Assembly: GCA_016935835.1 (NCBI GenBank)
Contig: JAFGQE010000024.1
Coordinates: 12,338-76,337, forward strand
Direction of reading: 5' to 3'
Length of the DNA: 64,000 bases
Source of the DNA: Clostridia bacterium
GTDB taxonomy: Bacteria > Bacillota > Clostridia > DUPQ01
The notes beneath the pieces were generated by a model that did no database searches, was not told where the DNA came from, and saw only the letters and a list, made by a program, of their open reading frames with translations. Each line of letters opens with the position of its first letter. Within the stretch, counting starts at the first letter, position 1. A program made the position numbers and the translations under genes. Below, piece by piece: positions 35,822 through 45,875 of this stretch.

Positions 35822-37346
35822 TTTTTCCCTCCTTTTCGTGCCACCAGGCCCTTCCGTCTCTTTCAATCATTTCGTATGCTTCCGTCGGGCCCTTTGTCCC
35901 GGTTGCATAATTGGGGTAATCGCGTCTGCCTTCGGATGCCATCCTGTCAATGCTTTCTATAAATCTCCATGAAAGCTCCAGTTCATCCCACCTTGTGAAC
36001 AGGGATGCATCATTGTTGACGGCTCCCATTATCAACTTTTCATATGCCTCGGGCGAATTGTCCTCATACAGGCAGCTGTGGCAGTAATTCATGTCCACCG
36101 GTCCGAAATTAAATCCGTCGCCCGGTTTTTTTGCATTGATTCTGAAAAAAACGCCTTCCTCGGGCTGTATCCTGATAACCAGGACATTCTGTTGTATATG
36201 TCCTGCACTCCCCGGGAACATGGGGACTGTTTTGTCTTTAAAATATATTATGACACACGTGGCCTTTTTATGCAGTCTCTTGCCTGCGAATATGTAAAAC
36301 GGGACGCCTCTCCATCTGCGGTTGTCGATGCGAGTTTTCAGCGCTATGAAAGTTTCTGTTTCAGAATCCGGGGGAATTCCTTCTTCCTGCCTGTATCCCG
36401 GCGCCCCGGCCCCTTCGGTGAATCCTTCCCCGTACTGGCCCCTGACGATATTTTTGCCCGGGTCGCTTCCATCATACAGCCTGATGTTTTTCAGAACCTT
36501 CACTTTCTCATCCCTGATGGCCTCGGGGCCCAATGATGCGGGCGGTTCCATCGCAATCAGGGAAAGCATCTGGAGAATATGGCTCTGAAGCATATCCCTT
36601 ACTATTCCGGTCTTGTCATAATACCGTCCCCTGCTCCCCACTCCAAGCGTCTCGCTTGAAACAATCTGTACATTGTCTATGTATTTTTCATTCCAGATTG
36701 GTTCAAAAATTGAATTTCCAAAGCGAAGCGAAAGTATATTCTGGATCATTTCCTTTCCCAGATAGTGGTCTATCCTGAATATCTTGTCCTCGGGCAGCAT
36801 CTTCGATATGCTCTGATTCAGTCTCCAGGCTGTTTCAAGGTCGGATCCAAATGGTTTTTCAATCATTACCCTCTGCCACGAATCCTTGTTATCAAGCATC
36901 CGGTGCTCATAAAGTTTTTTGATTATCATTTCAAAGAACTCGGGGGCAACCGCCAGATAATACATTCTATTTCCCTTGGTTTTTCTCCCAGGATCCATTT
37001 CCGAGTAAGCTTTTTGCAGTTCTTCATATCCTTCGTCCTTATTGAAATCAATGTTTTTATAAACAACCCTTTTCCTGAAAGTTTCCCAATCCCTTTCATT
37101 AATTGTCTTTTTTAATTCATTTTCAATGAAATTCTTCATTTCACCCATATAGGACTCATTGCTCTTGTCGCGGCGGCCGACCGCGACAATGAAAAAGTCT
37201 TCAGGCAGCCTGTTTTGGCCATGCAGGGTGAACAAGGCAGGAATCAGCTTTCGTTTTGTCAGGTCCCCCGTTGCGCCGAATATTGTAAAGATGCAGCTTT
37301 CAGATATTTTCATTGCCGTACTCGCTTTCAGTTTCATATTCATCAC
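35808..37346 (-). CDS. zwf: glucose-6-phosphate 1-dehydrogenase
   Basis: 'FGATGDLTKRKL' NADP site and the 'DHYLGKE' active-site motif. The start is ambiguous between the ORF-track start at 37346 and the ATG at 37310. Confidence 0.85.
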   Translation of the reverse strand: MMNMKLKASTAMKISESCIFTIFGATGDLTKRKLIPALFTLHGQNRLPEDFFIVAVGRRDKSNESYMGEMKNFIENELKKTINERDWETFRKRVVYKNIDFNKDEGYEELQKAYSEMDPGRKTKGNRMYYLAVAPEFFEMIIKKLYEHRMLDNKDSWQRVMIEKPFGSDLETAWRLNQSISKMLPEDKIFRIDHYLGKEMIQNILSLRFGNSIFEPIWNEKYIDNVQIVSSETLGVGSRGRYYDKTGIVRDMLQSHILQMLSLIAMEPPASLGPEAIRDEKVKVLKNIRLYDGSDPGKNIVRGQYGEGFTEGAGAPGYRQEEGIPPDSETETFIALKTRIDNRRWRGVPFYIFAGKRLHKKATCVIIYFKDKTVPMFPGSAGHIQQNVLVIRIQPEEGVFFRINAKKPGDGFNFGPVDMNYCHSCLYEDNSPEAYEKLIMGAVNNDASLFTRWDELELSWRFIESIDRMASEGRRDYPNYATGTKGPTEAYEMIERDGRAWWHEKEGKNENI

Positions 37347-37468
37347 GTTGCCGTGCTATTTTATTTTATACCCCTGTGCGGCGATTGCAACACCATGGTC
37401 AGCCACTGGTTTGATTGTTGTGTTTCCATTAAAAATCTGGGTAAGAATAAAAAAAGGACCTTTAATAT

Positions 37469-37945
37469 ATGAAAAAAACAAAAATTCTGACATTGGCATC
37501 CATACTGTTGATTATATTCGCTCTTGCGGCATGCTCAAAAGCTGTTGAAGCACCATCCGAAGGAACAATCTTATCCCCGGAGCCCTCTTCTTCACCATCT
37601 TCCACCCAGGGTGAATCACCGGATGCGTCCGTCTCCGCTCCTCCGACGGCGGTTGACGGCAGCGGGTCTCCATCGGATTCAGAAAACGCAAATGTTCCCG
37701 CCGACTATGGAGAAACAGTCTTTACCCTGGCCGAGCTTGCCAGATATGACGGAACCAACGGAATGCCTGCATACATTGCAGTGGACGGGGTTGTTTACGA
37801 TGTGTCAAATGTGAGCGCATGGCGAAACGGAAGGCACAATGGATTTACGGCAGGCAAGGATCTTACCGAGGAGATAAAAAACATATCTCCCCATGGTACA
37901 AGCACCCTTTCCGGGCTGCCAGTGGCAGGCACTCTTTCCGAATAA
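37469..37945 (+). CDS. lipoprotein with a low-complexity Ser/Pro linker and a C-terminal cytochrome-b5-like heme/steroid-binding domain
   Basis: Signal peptide with lipobox 'LAAC'. The C-terminal 'LAELARYDGTNGMPAYIAVDGVVYDVS' resembles the cytochrome-b5 / PGRMC (progesterone receptor membrane component) fold. Confidence 0.55.
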   Translation: MKKTKILTLASILLIIFALAACSKAVEAPSEGTILSPEPSSSPSSTQGESPDASVSAPPTAVDGSGSPSDSENANVPADYGETVFTLAELARYDGTNGMPAYIAVDGVVYDVSNVSAWRNGRHNGFTAGKDLTEEIKNISPHGTSTLSGLPVAGTLSE

Positions 37946-37981
37946 CTGCGAAAAACGGCGGTTCGCCGATTGGCATAATAT

Positions 37982-38012
37982 GTGCCGGGTATTTTTGCCC
38001 GGCACATTTTCA
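37982..38012 (+). terminator. rho-independent terminator after the lipoprotein gene
   Basis: GTGCCGGG-tatttttg-CCCGGCAC followed by ATTTTCATCTTT. Confidence 0.6.
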
Positions 38013-39074
38013 TCTTTGTCTTTGGCCGAGTTTTTTGCAGGAATCGAAATACTGTTCAATGTTTTCCAGGGGAATGTTGTGGGGAAGATCGCCTGCGGCG
38101 CGTATGAAGTAACCCGGATACTTTTTGCCAAGGTCCATGCAACGGCCCACTTCCCTGCGCACATCCTCCCTTGTTCCGCAGGTAAGTATGCGCGAATCCA
38201 CATTGCCGCATATCACCTTTGATTTTCCATATTTTTCAAGAACCGGTCCAAGATCAACGTAATTGTCAACGATCAGTCCGTCGACGCCGACCGCGAACAG
38301 GTCGTCTATCAATTCGGTATAGTTGCCGTCCGATACAAAAATGAGTTTTTTCCCGGCTTTCCTGATGGGTTCAAATATTCTTTCATATCCGGGGAATATG
38401 TTATCCCTGTACCATTCCTTCGGGAAGACAAGCCCCCTGGTCAGGGCCAGGTCGTCGTGGCAGAATATGACCTCGGAGCCCGAGACAACCCATTCCTTTA
38501 TATTCCTTACGGAAAATTCAGTGAACAGCTCAATTTTCCTCCTGAACCTTTCAGGCTCGGTTCGTGCGGTTACAAGAAACATTTCCCATCCAAAGGCCAT
38601 TATGAAACATTGGAACAACGTGGTATAGTACAATCCCGTAACCAATGCCGAATCCCCTGCCAGCCTTGATCCCCTTATACATTCATCGAGGCGGTTTTTA
38701 CGGTATTCCTCCGAAACTATCCTTACTCTTCCCGTGTTGTCCTCCAATGGATTGTATTCAAGGATCTCATCCTCGTCCCTGAAGACCCCGTCCTCCTCCC
38801 ACTGGCTTCCCGTAAAGCCCCATTCGGTATAATGCACCCCATCCTCTATTCGCGAAGATTCCCCGGCGGAAAACTTATGTGATTTTTCCGGAATCGCCAC
38901 ATACCAGTCGATGTCAAGCTTTTTAATCAGCTCAATGATGGCTTTTTCCGGTTGTTCGAAAGGATCCAGCCCGGTTGTCTTCCTGATGAATTCAGGATGG
39001 TCCACCCATTCCTGGGCCGGAACCCGGTCTGTCGTTTCGAGGTTCATGGCCTTGACCGCGCGTTCTCTTGACAT
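38010..39074 (-). CDS. URO-D-like (uroporphyrinogen decarboxylase family) protein, function unknown
   Basis: About 354 aa. The N-terminal 'SRERAVKAMNLETTDRVP' is typical of URO-D/MtaA-like TIM barrels. RBS GGAGGT. Confidence 0.55.
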   Translation of the reverse strand: MSRERAVKAMNLETTDRVPAQEWVDHPEFIRKTTGLDPFEQPEKAIIELIKKLDIDWYVAIPEKSHKFSAGESSRIEDGVHYTEWGFTGSQWEEDGVFRDEDEILEYNPLEDNTGRVRIVSEEYRKNRLDECIRGSRLAGDSALVTGLYYTTLFQCFIMAFGWEMFLVTARTEPERFRRKIELFTEFSVRNIKEWVVSGSEVIFCHDDLALTRGLVFPKEWYRDNIFPGYERIFEPIRKAGKKLIFVSDGNYTELIDDLFAVGVDGLIVDNYVDLGPVLEKYGKSKVICGNVDSRILTCGTREDVRREVGRCMDLGKKYPGYFIRAAGDLPHNIPLENIEQYFDSCKKLGQRQR

Positions 39075-39179
39075 TTGGTACCTCCGCAAAAATATGGTTC
39101 ACTAACAAATTATAACATGCGGGCATGCGCATATTGAAGGATAAGCAAATAAAAAAGGCGGGCACACCCGCCGTTTTAA

Positions 39180-40142
39180 TTATTCGCTTTTTATATCGTC
39201 AAGGAATATTTCGCCGCCCCCCTGGCGTCGGCTTTTTATTCCTCCCGCTATTATTTTCATGCATTCTACCGTTTCACTGAAATCAAACGGAGCCTCGCCC
39301 GTCCTCAGGTAAGATATAAATGCCTCCAACTGCGCCCTGAAAGAATGATATGTGCCGCCGGATTCAGCGAATTCAAACGATTTGTCCCCGGCAAACATGG
39401 CTTTCCCAAACGACCCGAACATATCGTATATGGCGGCTATCACTATGTCCGCACCGCACGAATGCTTGAGGTGAACAATGTTCCTCTTCTCGTCCCCGGT
39501 GTTCCGCACGGATATGAAGCCGGGTCCCAGAATGGGATATATACCTTCAAGTGCATGTATTCCATATCTTTCCCAGGTCTTTGGGGTGGTTATCGTAACG
39601 TATTTCAGTTTGCCCAGATGATCGGCGGACCTTCTCAGCTTCTCAAAACCGGGGCTGTATCTCATTGAGCTTGATGACATGAATTTCCCGCCTTCCCTAT
39701 GCCACTTGACAAAGGTCCGAAGGTCTTCCTCATTGTCGCACATGGGTTTGTCAATGAAAACCGGAATTCCCGCCTCGATGAAAGGCCTTGCTCTGTCGAC
39801 ATGCTCCCATCCCCTGTCCGTTGCTATTATTACCGCGTCAACTTTTCCGATTACATCCTCCGCCCGGGCAACCGGATTAGGTATGAGCGATGCCGCGGCG
39901 ACTTTTTGCGTATCCTCCGGATCGTCGCACCACACATGCGTTACATTCACATCTGGAATTCTGAGGGTTTCCTTCGGTTGCTCACCCAGATAGTCCGGTA
40001 TTGTCGGATATGGGCAAAGAGCCATTTTCCCTTCATCGTATCCATTGCAAATCGCGCTCCATGAATACGGATGCCCGTTGCCGTCAACCATTCCCAGCAT
40101 AGCCAGGTTGATTTGCCTTTTATTCACTATTGGTTTTGCCAT
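39180..40142 (-). CDS. Gfo/Idh/MocA-family oxidoreductase (atypical)
   Basis: 320 aa with an N-terminal Rossmann fold 'LAMLGMV..' and a C-terminal alpha/beta domain. RBS GGAGG. Confidence 0.55.
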   Translation of the reverse strand: MAKPIVNKRQINLAMLGMVDGNGHPYSWSAICNGYDEGKMALCPYPTIPDYLGEQPKETLRIPDVNVTHVWCDDPEDTQKVAAASLIPNPVARAEDVIGKVDAVIIATDRGWEHVDRARPFIEAGIPVFIDKPMCDNEEDLRTFVKWHREGGKFMSSSSMRYSPGFEKLRRSADHLGKLKYVTITTPKTWERYGIHALEGIYPILGPGFISVRNTGDEKRNIVHLKHSCGADIVIAAIYDMFGSFGKAMFAGDKSFEFAESGGTYHSFRAQLEAFISYLRTGEAPFDFSETVECMKIIAGGIKSRRQGGGEIFLDDIKSE

Positions 40143-40160
40143 CTGCCTGCCTCCGTAATC

Positions 40161-40946
40161 TTATTTCGCGGTCAGTCCGCCGTCAACCGGGATGTTTGCT
40201 CCCGTTATGTACGAAGATGCATCTGAAGCAAGGAAAACAATGATTCCCATCATGTCCGTATCATTCGCCATGCGCTTCAAGAACGTCTTGTCAATATAGT
40301 TCTCCTTGAAATCAGCGGGTGTGGCCGGTGTTTCATATCCCCCCGGATGAATGCAGTTGAACCTTACCTTCGAGGAGCCATAGTATCCCGCGAAAAACCT
40401 TGTCGCGTTGGCCATTCCCCCTTTATTGTAATAATATGCGGCTCCCCCGGTTTTCTGCAGGCCCGTTCCCTCATACAACCAGTTGTCATAGCCTACCAGG
40501 CCATATATGGATCCGATATTTATGACAGAGCCTCCGCCGGAATCCGCCATTGCCTTTGCGAATTCCCTGCACATCAATATCAGGCCGGTTGCATTTACAT
40601 TGAAATCCTCATCAAGTTTTTCAGCCGTCAGATCATCAATGTGGCCGGACCTCGCGACTGAATTATTCACCAGAACATCTATTTTCCCGTCCTGTCTTAG
40701 TATGTCGTCCAACAGCCCCTTGATTGAATCCTCATCGCCCTGGTCATATGCGATTGGAAACACATCAAGGCCTTCCTCTTTTAAAGCCCCGGCAAATTCA
40801 GCAAGCTTATCCAGATTCCTGGAAGCCATATATGTCTTCGCCCCCGCCTGTGCAAGGGCCCTTACCATCTGGCGCCCGTACAGTCCGGACCCTCCCGTGA
40901 CCAACGCAACCTTTCCCTTCAAACTGAAACTGTCCAATATGTTCAT
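40161..40946 (-). CDS. SDR-family oxidoreductase
   Basis: 'ALVTGGSGLYG' cofactor motif and a 'YGSSK' catalytic YxxxK. Confidence 0.75.
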   Translation of the reverse strand: MNILDSFSLKGKVALVTGGSGLYGRQMVRALAQAGAKTYMASRNLDKLAEFAGALKEEGLDVFPIAYDQGDEDSIKGLLDDILRQDGKIDVLVNNSVARSGHIDDLTAEKLDEDFNVNATGLILMCREFAKAMADSGGGSVINIGSIYGLVGYDNWLYEGTGLQKTGGAAYYYNKGGMANATRFFAGYYGSSKVRFNCIHPGGYETPATPADFKENYIDKTFLKRMANDTDMMGIIVFLASDASSYITGANIPVDGGLTAK

Positions 40947-40950
40947 AACA

Positions 40951-41871
40951 TCATCCTTTCACCTTGTCCCAGAGCCATGGATAGAAAAGCCAGTCAGGCG
41001 CACCCCTCAGCCCCTCCCTTACCTCCTCCATCCTGGCCTCATCAAGCGAAGATTCCCCGACCATCCGGGCGTTTTCCAAAACCTGCCGGGGGTTGTCCGC
41101 ACCTATTACCAGCGACGTCACATATTCAAGGCTGTTCACATAGCCGATTGCCAGCCGGGCCGCAGACATCCCGTATCCGGATGCCAGTTCCCGGATTTTC
41201 ACAATATAGCCGCCGATTTGCGATAGATTACCCTTCAATTCCCCCGGTTCCATGAAAAACAGTCCCTGAAGATAGATGCTTCTGGCAAAAACCGTCCTTC
41301 CCCAAAGCCTTTCCTTCATTTTTGAATCTGAATTCCTTTGGTCGAGCATATTGACCGGCATCTGGAAGGCATCATACATGCTGTTTTCCAGAAGCGGCTC
41401 TATTTCCTGCAGCGAGTAACCCGATGCACCGGCTTTTTTTATCATTCCAAGATCCTTCAATTTTCTTATCGATGAATCTATCTGTACTTTGTATTTTAAA
41501 TATTCCTTCGCATCATGCATAAGGATGAAATCAACATAATCAGTCTTCAGATTCACAAGCGACTTTTCAACCGATTCAATCAGTACATGCTGCGCCTCAT
41601 CCTCCTTGACGTCGCCAAGCTTGAATTTGGTTGAGATGAAAATCGAACCCCTTGAAATGCCGTTGCCCTTCAAATACTCTCCGATGACTTTTTCAGAATC
41701 GCCGTATGCGGCGGCCGTGTCAAGGCAATTGACCCCGCATTCAAGCGCTTTGTCCAAAATGGAAAACGCCTTTTTTAAATCCGGCTTTCCCTCTTTGTTT
41801 GCAATCCCGTAGTCAAGGCCAAGCTGTACCGTGCCGAGCGTCATTCGGGATATAACCTTGGAATCCATCAT
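40951..41871 (-). CDS. aldo/keto reductase
   Basis: 'LGTVQLGLDYG', 'DTAAAYGDSE' and 'ISTK' AKR signatures. Confidence 0.75.
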   Translation of the reverse strand: MMDSKVISRMTLGTVQLGLDYGIANKEGKPDLKKAFSILDKALECGVNCLDTAAAYGDSEKVIGEYLKGNGISRGSIFISTKFKLGDVKEDEAQHVLIESVEKSLVNLKTDYVDFILMHDAKEYLKYKVQIDSSIRKLKDLGMIKKAGASGYSLQEIEPLLENSMYDAFQMPVNMLDQRNSDSKMKERLWGRTVFARSIYLQGLFFMEPGELKGNLSQIGGYIVKIRELASGYGMSAARLAIGYVNSLEYVTSLVIGADNPRQVLENARMVGESSLDEARMEEVREGLRGAPDWLFYPWLWDKVKG

Positions 41872-42743
41872 ATCTCTCCTGTTTCCTTCATGCATTCATA
41901 TACCTTCCGCCTGACGCTCTCCCCGGCCGGCGCATGATAATCCGGCTGATACTCGCCCGGCATCCCCAGAAGTTCCATTGCATGGGAATAAGCGGAAAAA
42001 ACCGACCCCCTTACAAACTCGTCCCTCAACCTCACTATGTTGGCCAGATGAACCGAAACCCCCGGATAATCCCCGTTCCTTGCGCACAGGTACATGCTTT
42101 TCGTGTTTTTGGGCATGCAGGTGAACATTCCGTCAAGGTTCTTTGCCAATCCGTTTTGAATCGCCTTGTCAAAAACGTCAAGCCCACTGAAAAGCACCTC
42201 GAAACCTTTTCTGAACCTGTTTTCATCCATGAATGACTTAAGGAGATCATAATTCGCCGATTTTATTCCCGCGATGTTTTCATTCCCGGCCAAAGCTCCC
42301 AGCGAAATGGCATCCAGCGGCGATTGCGTCACCGACGGGAGGTCATAGACATACACCGGGTAGTATGATTCAGAAGCCAGCTTTTCAAAGAAGCTTATTA
42401 TTTGTTCAGGGGAAGATTTATAATAGTAAGGCGTAGTGGCCACCACTCCTTCTATTTCAATATCACCAAGGGCGTATATCCTGTCCATTACCCTGGAAAC
42501 CGAGTTGTCCATGACCCCCACCATAACCGGCACTCTTCCGGCTGCGGCGTTGACGCAGGCTTCGGCGATGTCCGGGTAATCCTGGTCGCGTATGGAAACC
42601 ATGTTCCCCATGGACCCCATGCACAAAAGTCCCGAGGCGCCTGCATCAATCATTTTTTCTATCTGCATCCCGAAGCTTGCTCTCTCCAGGCTTCCTTCCC
42701 GGTCCAGGGGAGTTCCAAGCGCCGGGAAAAATCCATCCTTCAT
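41868..42743 (-). CDS. DapA-family (dihydrodipicolinate synthase / N-acetylneuraminate lyase-like) class I aldolase
   Basis: 'FPALGTPLDREGSL' N-terminus and a Schiff-base Lys region 'GIKSANYD'. Confidence 0.65.
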   Translation of the reverse strand: MKDGFFPALGTPLDREGSLERASFGMQIEKMIDAGASGLLCMGSMGNMVSIRDQDYPDIAEACVNAAAGRVPVMVGVMDNSVSRVMDRIYALGDIEIEGVVATTPYYYKSSPEQIISFFEKLASESYYPVYVYDLPSVTQSPLDAISLGALAGNENIAGIKSANYDLLKSFMDENRFRKGFEVLFSGLDVFDKAIQNGLAKNLDGMFTCMPKNTKSMYLCARNGDYPGVSVHLANIVRLRDEFVRGSVFSAYSHAMELLGMPGEYQPDYHAPAGESVRRKVYECMKETGEI

Positions 42744-42744
42744 T

Positions 42745-43788
42745 TTAAAACCTCTCATATCTTTCTTCAGACGAGGTCCTGTACGCTGATTGTATTACTC
42801 TCTGAACCTGCACCGCATCCTCAGCCGGAACCTCTATATCCGTTTTGTTGATTATTGAATTGGAAAAAGACTCAATTTCCTTGGTATACATATTGCCGAA
42901 TTCGACTTTTACATCAATGGGCTCGACCCGGTTCCTGTCCTGTGCGGCATCATACCCGAGCGTGTCGTCGGATAGCATGACCTCAAGCTTTCCGCCCTCC
43001 GCCTGGCTGATGGTCCCCTCCGCAAGCATGCTGCCTTTTGTCCCGTAGATCTCAAGCCGCCCCCTTGCCGCGGCGTCGGGTATGTTGAAATTTGCCTCTA
43101 TGTGGCACAGGGCCCCGTTCTCAAGTTCGACAAGCAATGCCCCGCTGTCCTCCACCTCATAACCAAATGTCAGTGTTTTAGCCATTCCCGCGGCTCTTTT
43201 CGCCCTGGACCCGGTTATATGCTGTATAAGGTCAAGGCAATGAACGCCCATGTCCATCAATGCGCCTCCGCCGGAAGATGCGAACGATTGCCTCCAGCTT
43301 CCGGGAATATCGGGATACCAGCATGTCAGCTGAGCCCTGCAGGAAACTATCTGGCCCAGTTTTCCTTCCTCAACAAGCCTCTTCATCGCCACGTGGTATG
43401 CATGAAAGCGCATCATGAAGCCCGTTGCAAGAAGAACGCCTTTCCTTTTGCAGTACTCTATTACTTCCTGGCCTTCCCCGACCGTAAGCGCTATGGGTTT
43501 TTCCAGCAATATATGTTTCCCGTAATCAGCCGCCATCATCGCCTGCTCCTTGTGAAACACAACCGGAGATGCTATATAAACGGCTTCCGTCCCTGGGTCC
43601 GACAGAAGGTCCCTTGCATTCGTGAAAGCTTTGTCCGCCCCGTACTTTGCCCTGAGATTTTCCGAAACATCCGGGTCTATCTCCATGACAGAGCGTATGC
43701 GCGCATTCCCTGCAAGCATCATGCCCGGCATTGTCCTTCTGTCCGCGATGCCTCCCGCGCCCAAAACACCCCAATTAACCTTTCTCAT
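42745..43788 (-). CDS. Gfo/Idh/MocA-family NAD(P)-dependent oxidoreductase
   Basis: 'VNWGVLGAGGIA' Rossmann fold, 'EKP' motif and a C-terminal dimerisation domain. RBS AAGGAG. Confidence 0.7.
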   Translation of the reverse strand: MRKVNWGVLGAGGIADRRTMPGMMLAGNARIRSVMEIDPDVSENLRAKYGADKAFTNARDLLSDPGTEAVYIASPVVFHKEQAMMAADYGKHILLEKPIALTVGEGQEVIEYCKRKGVLLATGFMMRFHAYHVAMKRLVEEGKLGQIVSCRAQLTCWYPDIPGSWRQSFASSGGGALMDMGVHCLDLIQHITGSRAKRAAGMAKTLTFGYEVEDSGALLVELENGALCHIEANFNIPDAAARGRLEIYGTKGSMLAEGTISQAEGGKLEVMLSDDTLGYDAAQDRNRVEPIDVKVEFGNMYTKEIESFSNSIINKTDIEVPAEDAVQVQRVIQSAYRTSSEERYERF

Positions 43789-44869
43789 CGGTTATTCTCC
43801 TTCCGCCTGATATGACTTCATAAACATTTGCTTCCTCATCCATTATTACAATATCCGCTTTTTTACCCGGTTTTATACTTCCGGTCTTACTATCTATGCC
43901 AAGAAGCCTCGCCGGATTCAGCGAGCCCATCCTTACCGCTCCGGACCAGCCTATTCCAGTGTGCCTTTTCATGTTTGCAACAGCCCTGCCTACGCTAAGC
44001 AATGATCCGGAGAGTTCCCCGGCTTCATTGTAATTCAGGTCTCCTTCGACGCCCGCTTCCGGCGTCGATACCGCGTCGGAAATAAGGATCAGCCTGTCGC
44101 CCATGATTTTATATGCAATAACAAGCAGCTCCCGCGGAACATGCACTCCGTTGGAGTCAGCTATTATCTCTGCATAAAGATTGCCGTCCGCAAGCACTGC
44201 CTCCGCTGTTCCATTTTCATGTATCGCCGCACATTCCCTGCTTTTTGGTCCCATTGCGTCAAACAGGTGGCATACCAGCCTGATTCCTCCCAGTTTGTCC
44301 GCCTTGCATCCGGTATGTCCCGCGCATGGGATTATCTCTTCCTTAGAAGCGAGGAATGCCTTGAATTCGTCCGCTCCTTCGAGCTCGGGAGAAAATGTCC
44401 AGATTCTTATCCTTCCCTTGCCCGCACTGTAAATATCTTCATATATGCCCTGTTCAATGTCGCTGGCATATCTTGTGTCTGCACCATATTCCTGATTGAT
44501 GAACGGGCCTTCGCAGTTGATGCCCAGGATTTCATTTTCCTCCATGGATGCAATCCCGGAAACAGCCAAAAGGAATTCCGGCATTGTCATGTTGTAACCG
44601 ATGGTGGGAAGAATGCCCAGCGTTCCCCTGGTCCTGTGAGCCCGAAGCGCAACCCCGGGATCCTGTGAGAACAGCCTGCCTCCTCCCCCATGGCAATGTA
44701 TGTCGATGAATCCCGGGACTACAAGCCTTCCCTCCGCATCGATGCTTTCTTCCGGCATAAAAGCGGGAAATCCCGGGGCCATTTCGGCAATGATTCCGTT
44801 TTCAATGCCAATGAAGCCATCGAATATTTCATTTTCCGCCACTATCCTGCCATTTACGACATACAGCAT
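43775..44869 (-). CDS. nagA: N-acetylglucosamine-6-phosphate deacetylase
   Basis: 'PGFIDIHCHGGGG' amidohydrolase metal site, and NagA family features throughout. Confidence 0.8.
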   Translation of the reverse strand: MLYVVNGRIVAENEIFDGFIGIENGIIAEMAPGFPAFMPEESIDAEGRLVVPGFIDIHCHGGGGRLFSQDPGVALRAHRTRGTLGILPTIGYNMTMPEFLLAVSGIASMEENEILGINCEGPFINQEYGADTRYASDIEQGIYEDIYSAGKGRIRIWTFSPELEGADEFKAFLASKEEIIPCAGHTGCKADKLGGIRLVCHLFDAMGPKSRECAAIHENGTAEAVLADGNLYAEIIADSNGVHVPRELLVIAYKIMGDRLILISDAVSTPEAGVEGDLNYNEAGELSGSLLSVGRAVANMKRHTGIGWSGAVRMGSLNPARLLGIDSKTGSIKPGKKADIVIMDEEANVYEVISGGRRITDEKG

Positions 44870-44885
44870 GAGTCAACCTGTCCCC

Positions 44886-45836
44886 TCAATTGCAATCCGC
44901 TTCGAGAGGCCCGGCAAGTTCCTTCAGGAAGAATAGCTTTCCCGGAAGGGTTGGCATAAACGAAGAAGGAACCCACATATCGGGACCATATCTAAGGGTC
45001 ATCCACAGCGACATGCCCTGCCATTGCATTCCCCTGCCCAGCGCACCGTCGCAACCGCCTATGATCTTGTCGGATTTCAGGAACAATCCGGGTCCGACGG
45101 TGTTCGCCCTGCACGGCACGAGGGTCGTCCTGCTTTTGAAACTGGTTATGGCATTTTGTTCTATTGTAAGAGGATGCAAAAGGGCCCCGGTTCTGTGAGT
45201 TTGTTTCTTCCATTCGTCAACCGATGAAAACTCTCCTGCAAATTGTGGTTCCCAGAATGCTATGTGGCACATCCTGCCGATACCGAATACGGTTACAAGC
45301 CGGGCTCCCTCTTCCTTCAGTGCCGCTATTTTACCGACATATGTCGGGAGGTTTTCTTTCGTTGCAAAATTCCTTTGTCCGGGCGGAACCGTCAGTTCTC
45401 CCAGCGGACCATAGAAAGCCTGTTCCATGGCATTCTGAAAAGACCCGGGATCATCCGGCGCAAGGGTGTTCCCATCCCCGTCGCTCCACTCGTCCATGTT
45501 GAATCCATGAACATGCGCGGCGCCAGTTCCCCATTCCTTCAGAAAGTAAACGGCCCATCGGTACATCCCCATCGGACCCACCGGAAGAATCATTGCGAGC
45601 TTTCTTTTTTCATCCGCTGTCTTCCTGATCTCCATCGCTATTTCATGGCCCATCATCATGTCGAAGTCATTAATGTTGCCACACTCCACCGGAATGAAAT
45701 CCCTGTTCCAGAATGGCTGTCTTTTCAATATGTCCCCGGGTGAATTTGAACAGCACCCATCGATTTTACCAAAGTCCCATCCGGCGGGATAAAAGCCTTC
45801 GAGCAGGGACCCTTTTATTGTGTCCATAAAGTTCAT
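44886..45836 (-). CDS. nagB: glucosamine-6-phosphate deaminase/isomerase (NagB family)
   Basis: NagB/6-phosphogluconolactonase fold with 'ILPVGPMG' and 'HIAFWEP'. The likely start is the ATG at 45836 (MNFMDT), which has an RBS GAAAGGA. Confidence 0.65.
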   Translation of the reverse strand: MNFMDTIKGSLLEGFYPAGWDFGKIDGCCSNSPGDILKRQPFWNRDFIPVECGNINDFDMMMGHEIAMEIRKTADEKRKLAMILPVGPMGMYRWAVYFLKEWGTGAAHVHGFNMDEWSDGDGNTLAPDDPGSFQNAMEQAFYGPLGELTVPPGQRNFATKENLPTYVGKIAALKEEGARLVTVFGIGRMCHIAFWEPQFAGEFSSVDEWKKQTHRTGALLHPLTIEQNAITSFKSRTTLVPCRANTVGPGLFLKSDKIIGGCDGALGRGMQWQGMSLWMTLRYGPDMWVPSSFMPTLPGKLFFLKELAGPLEADCN

Positions 45837-45875
45837 AATGATCATCCTTTCAGTCTTTGCCTTCTTTTCGGCGTT

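Noticed and set aside
40507-41226. 239-aa + strand ORF spanning the SDR/AKR junction; similar long antisense ORFs at 43102-43815, 32258-32996, 46270-46767 and 49523-50029
   Set aside because: These are antisense to well-supported enzyme genes in a high-GC-skew coding strand. They have no RBS and no recognisable domains.
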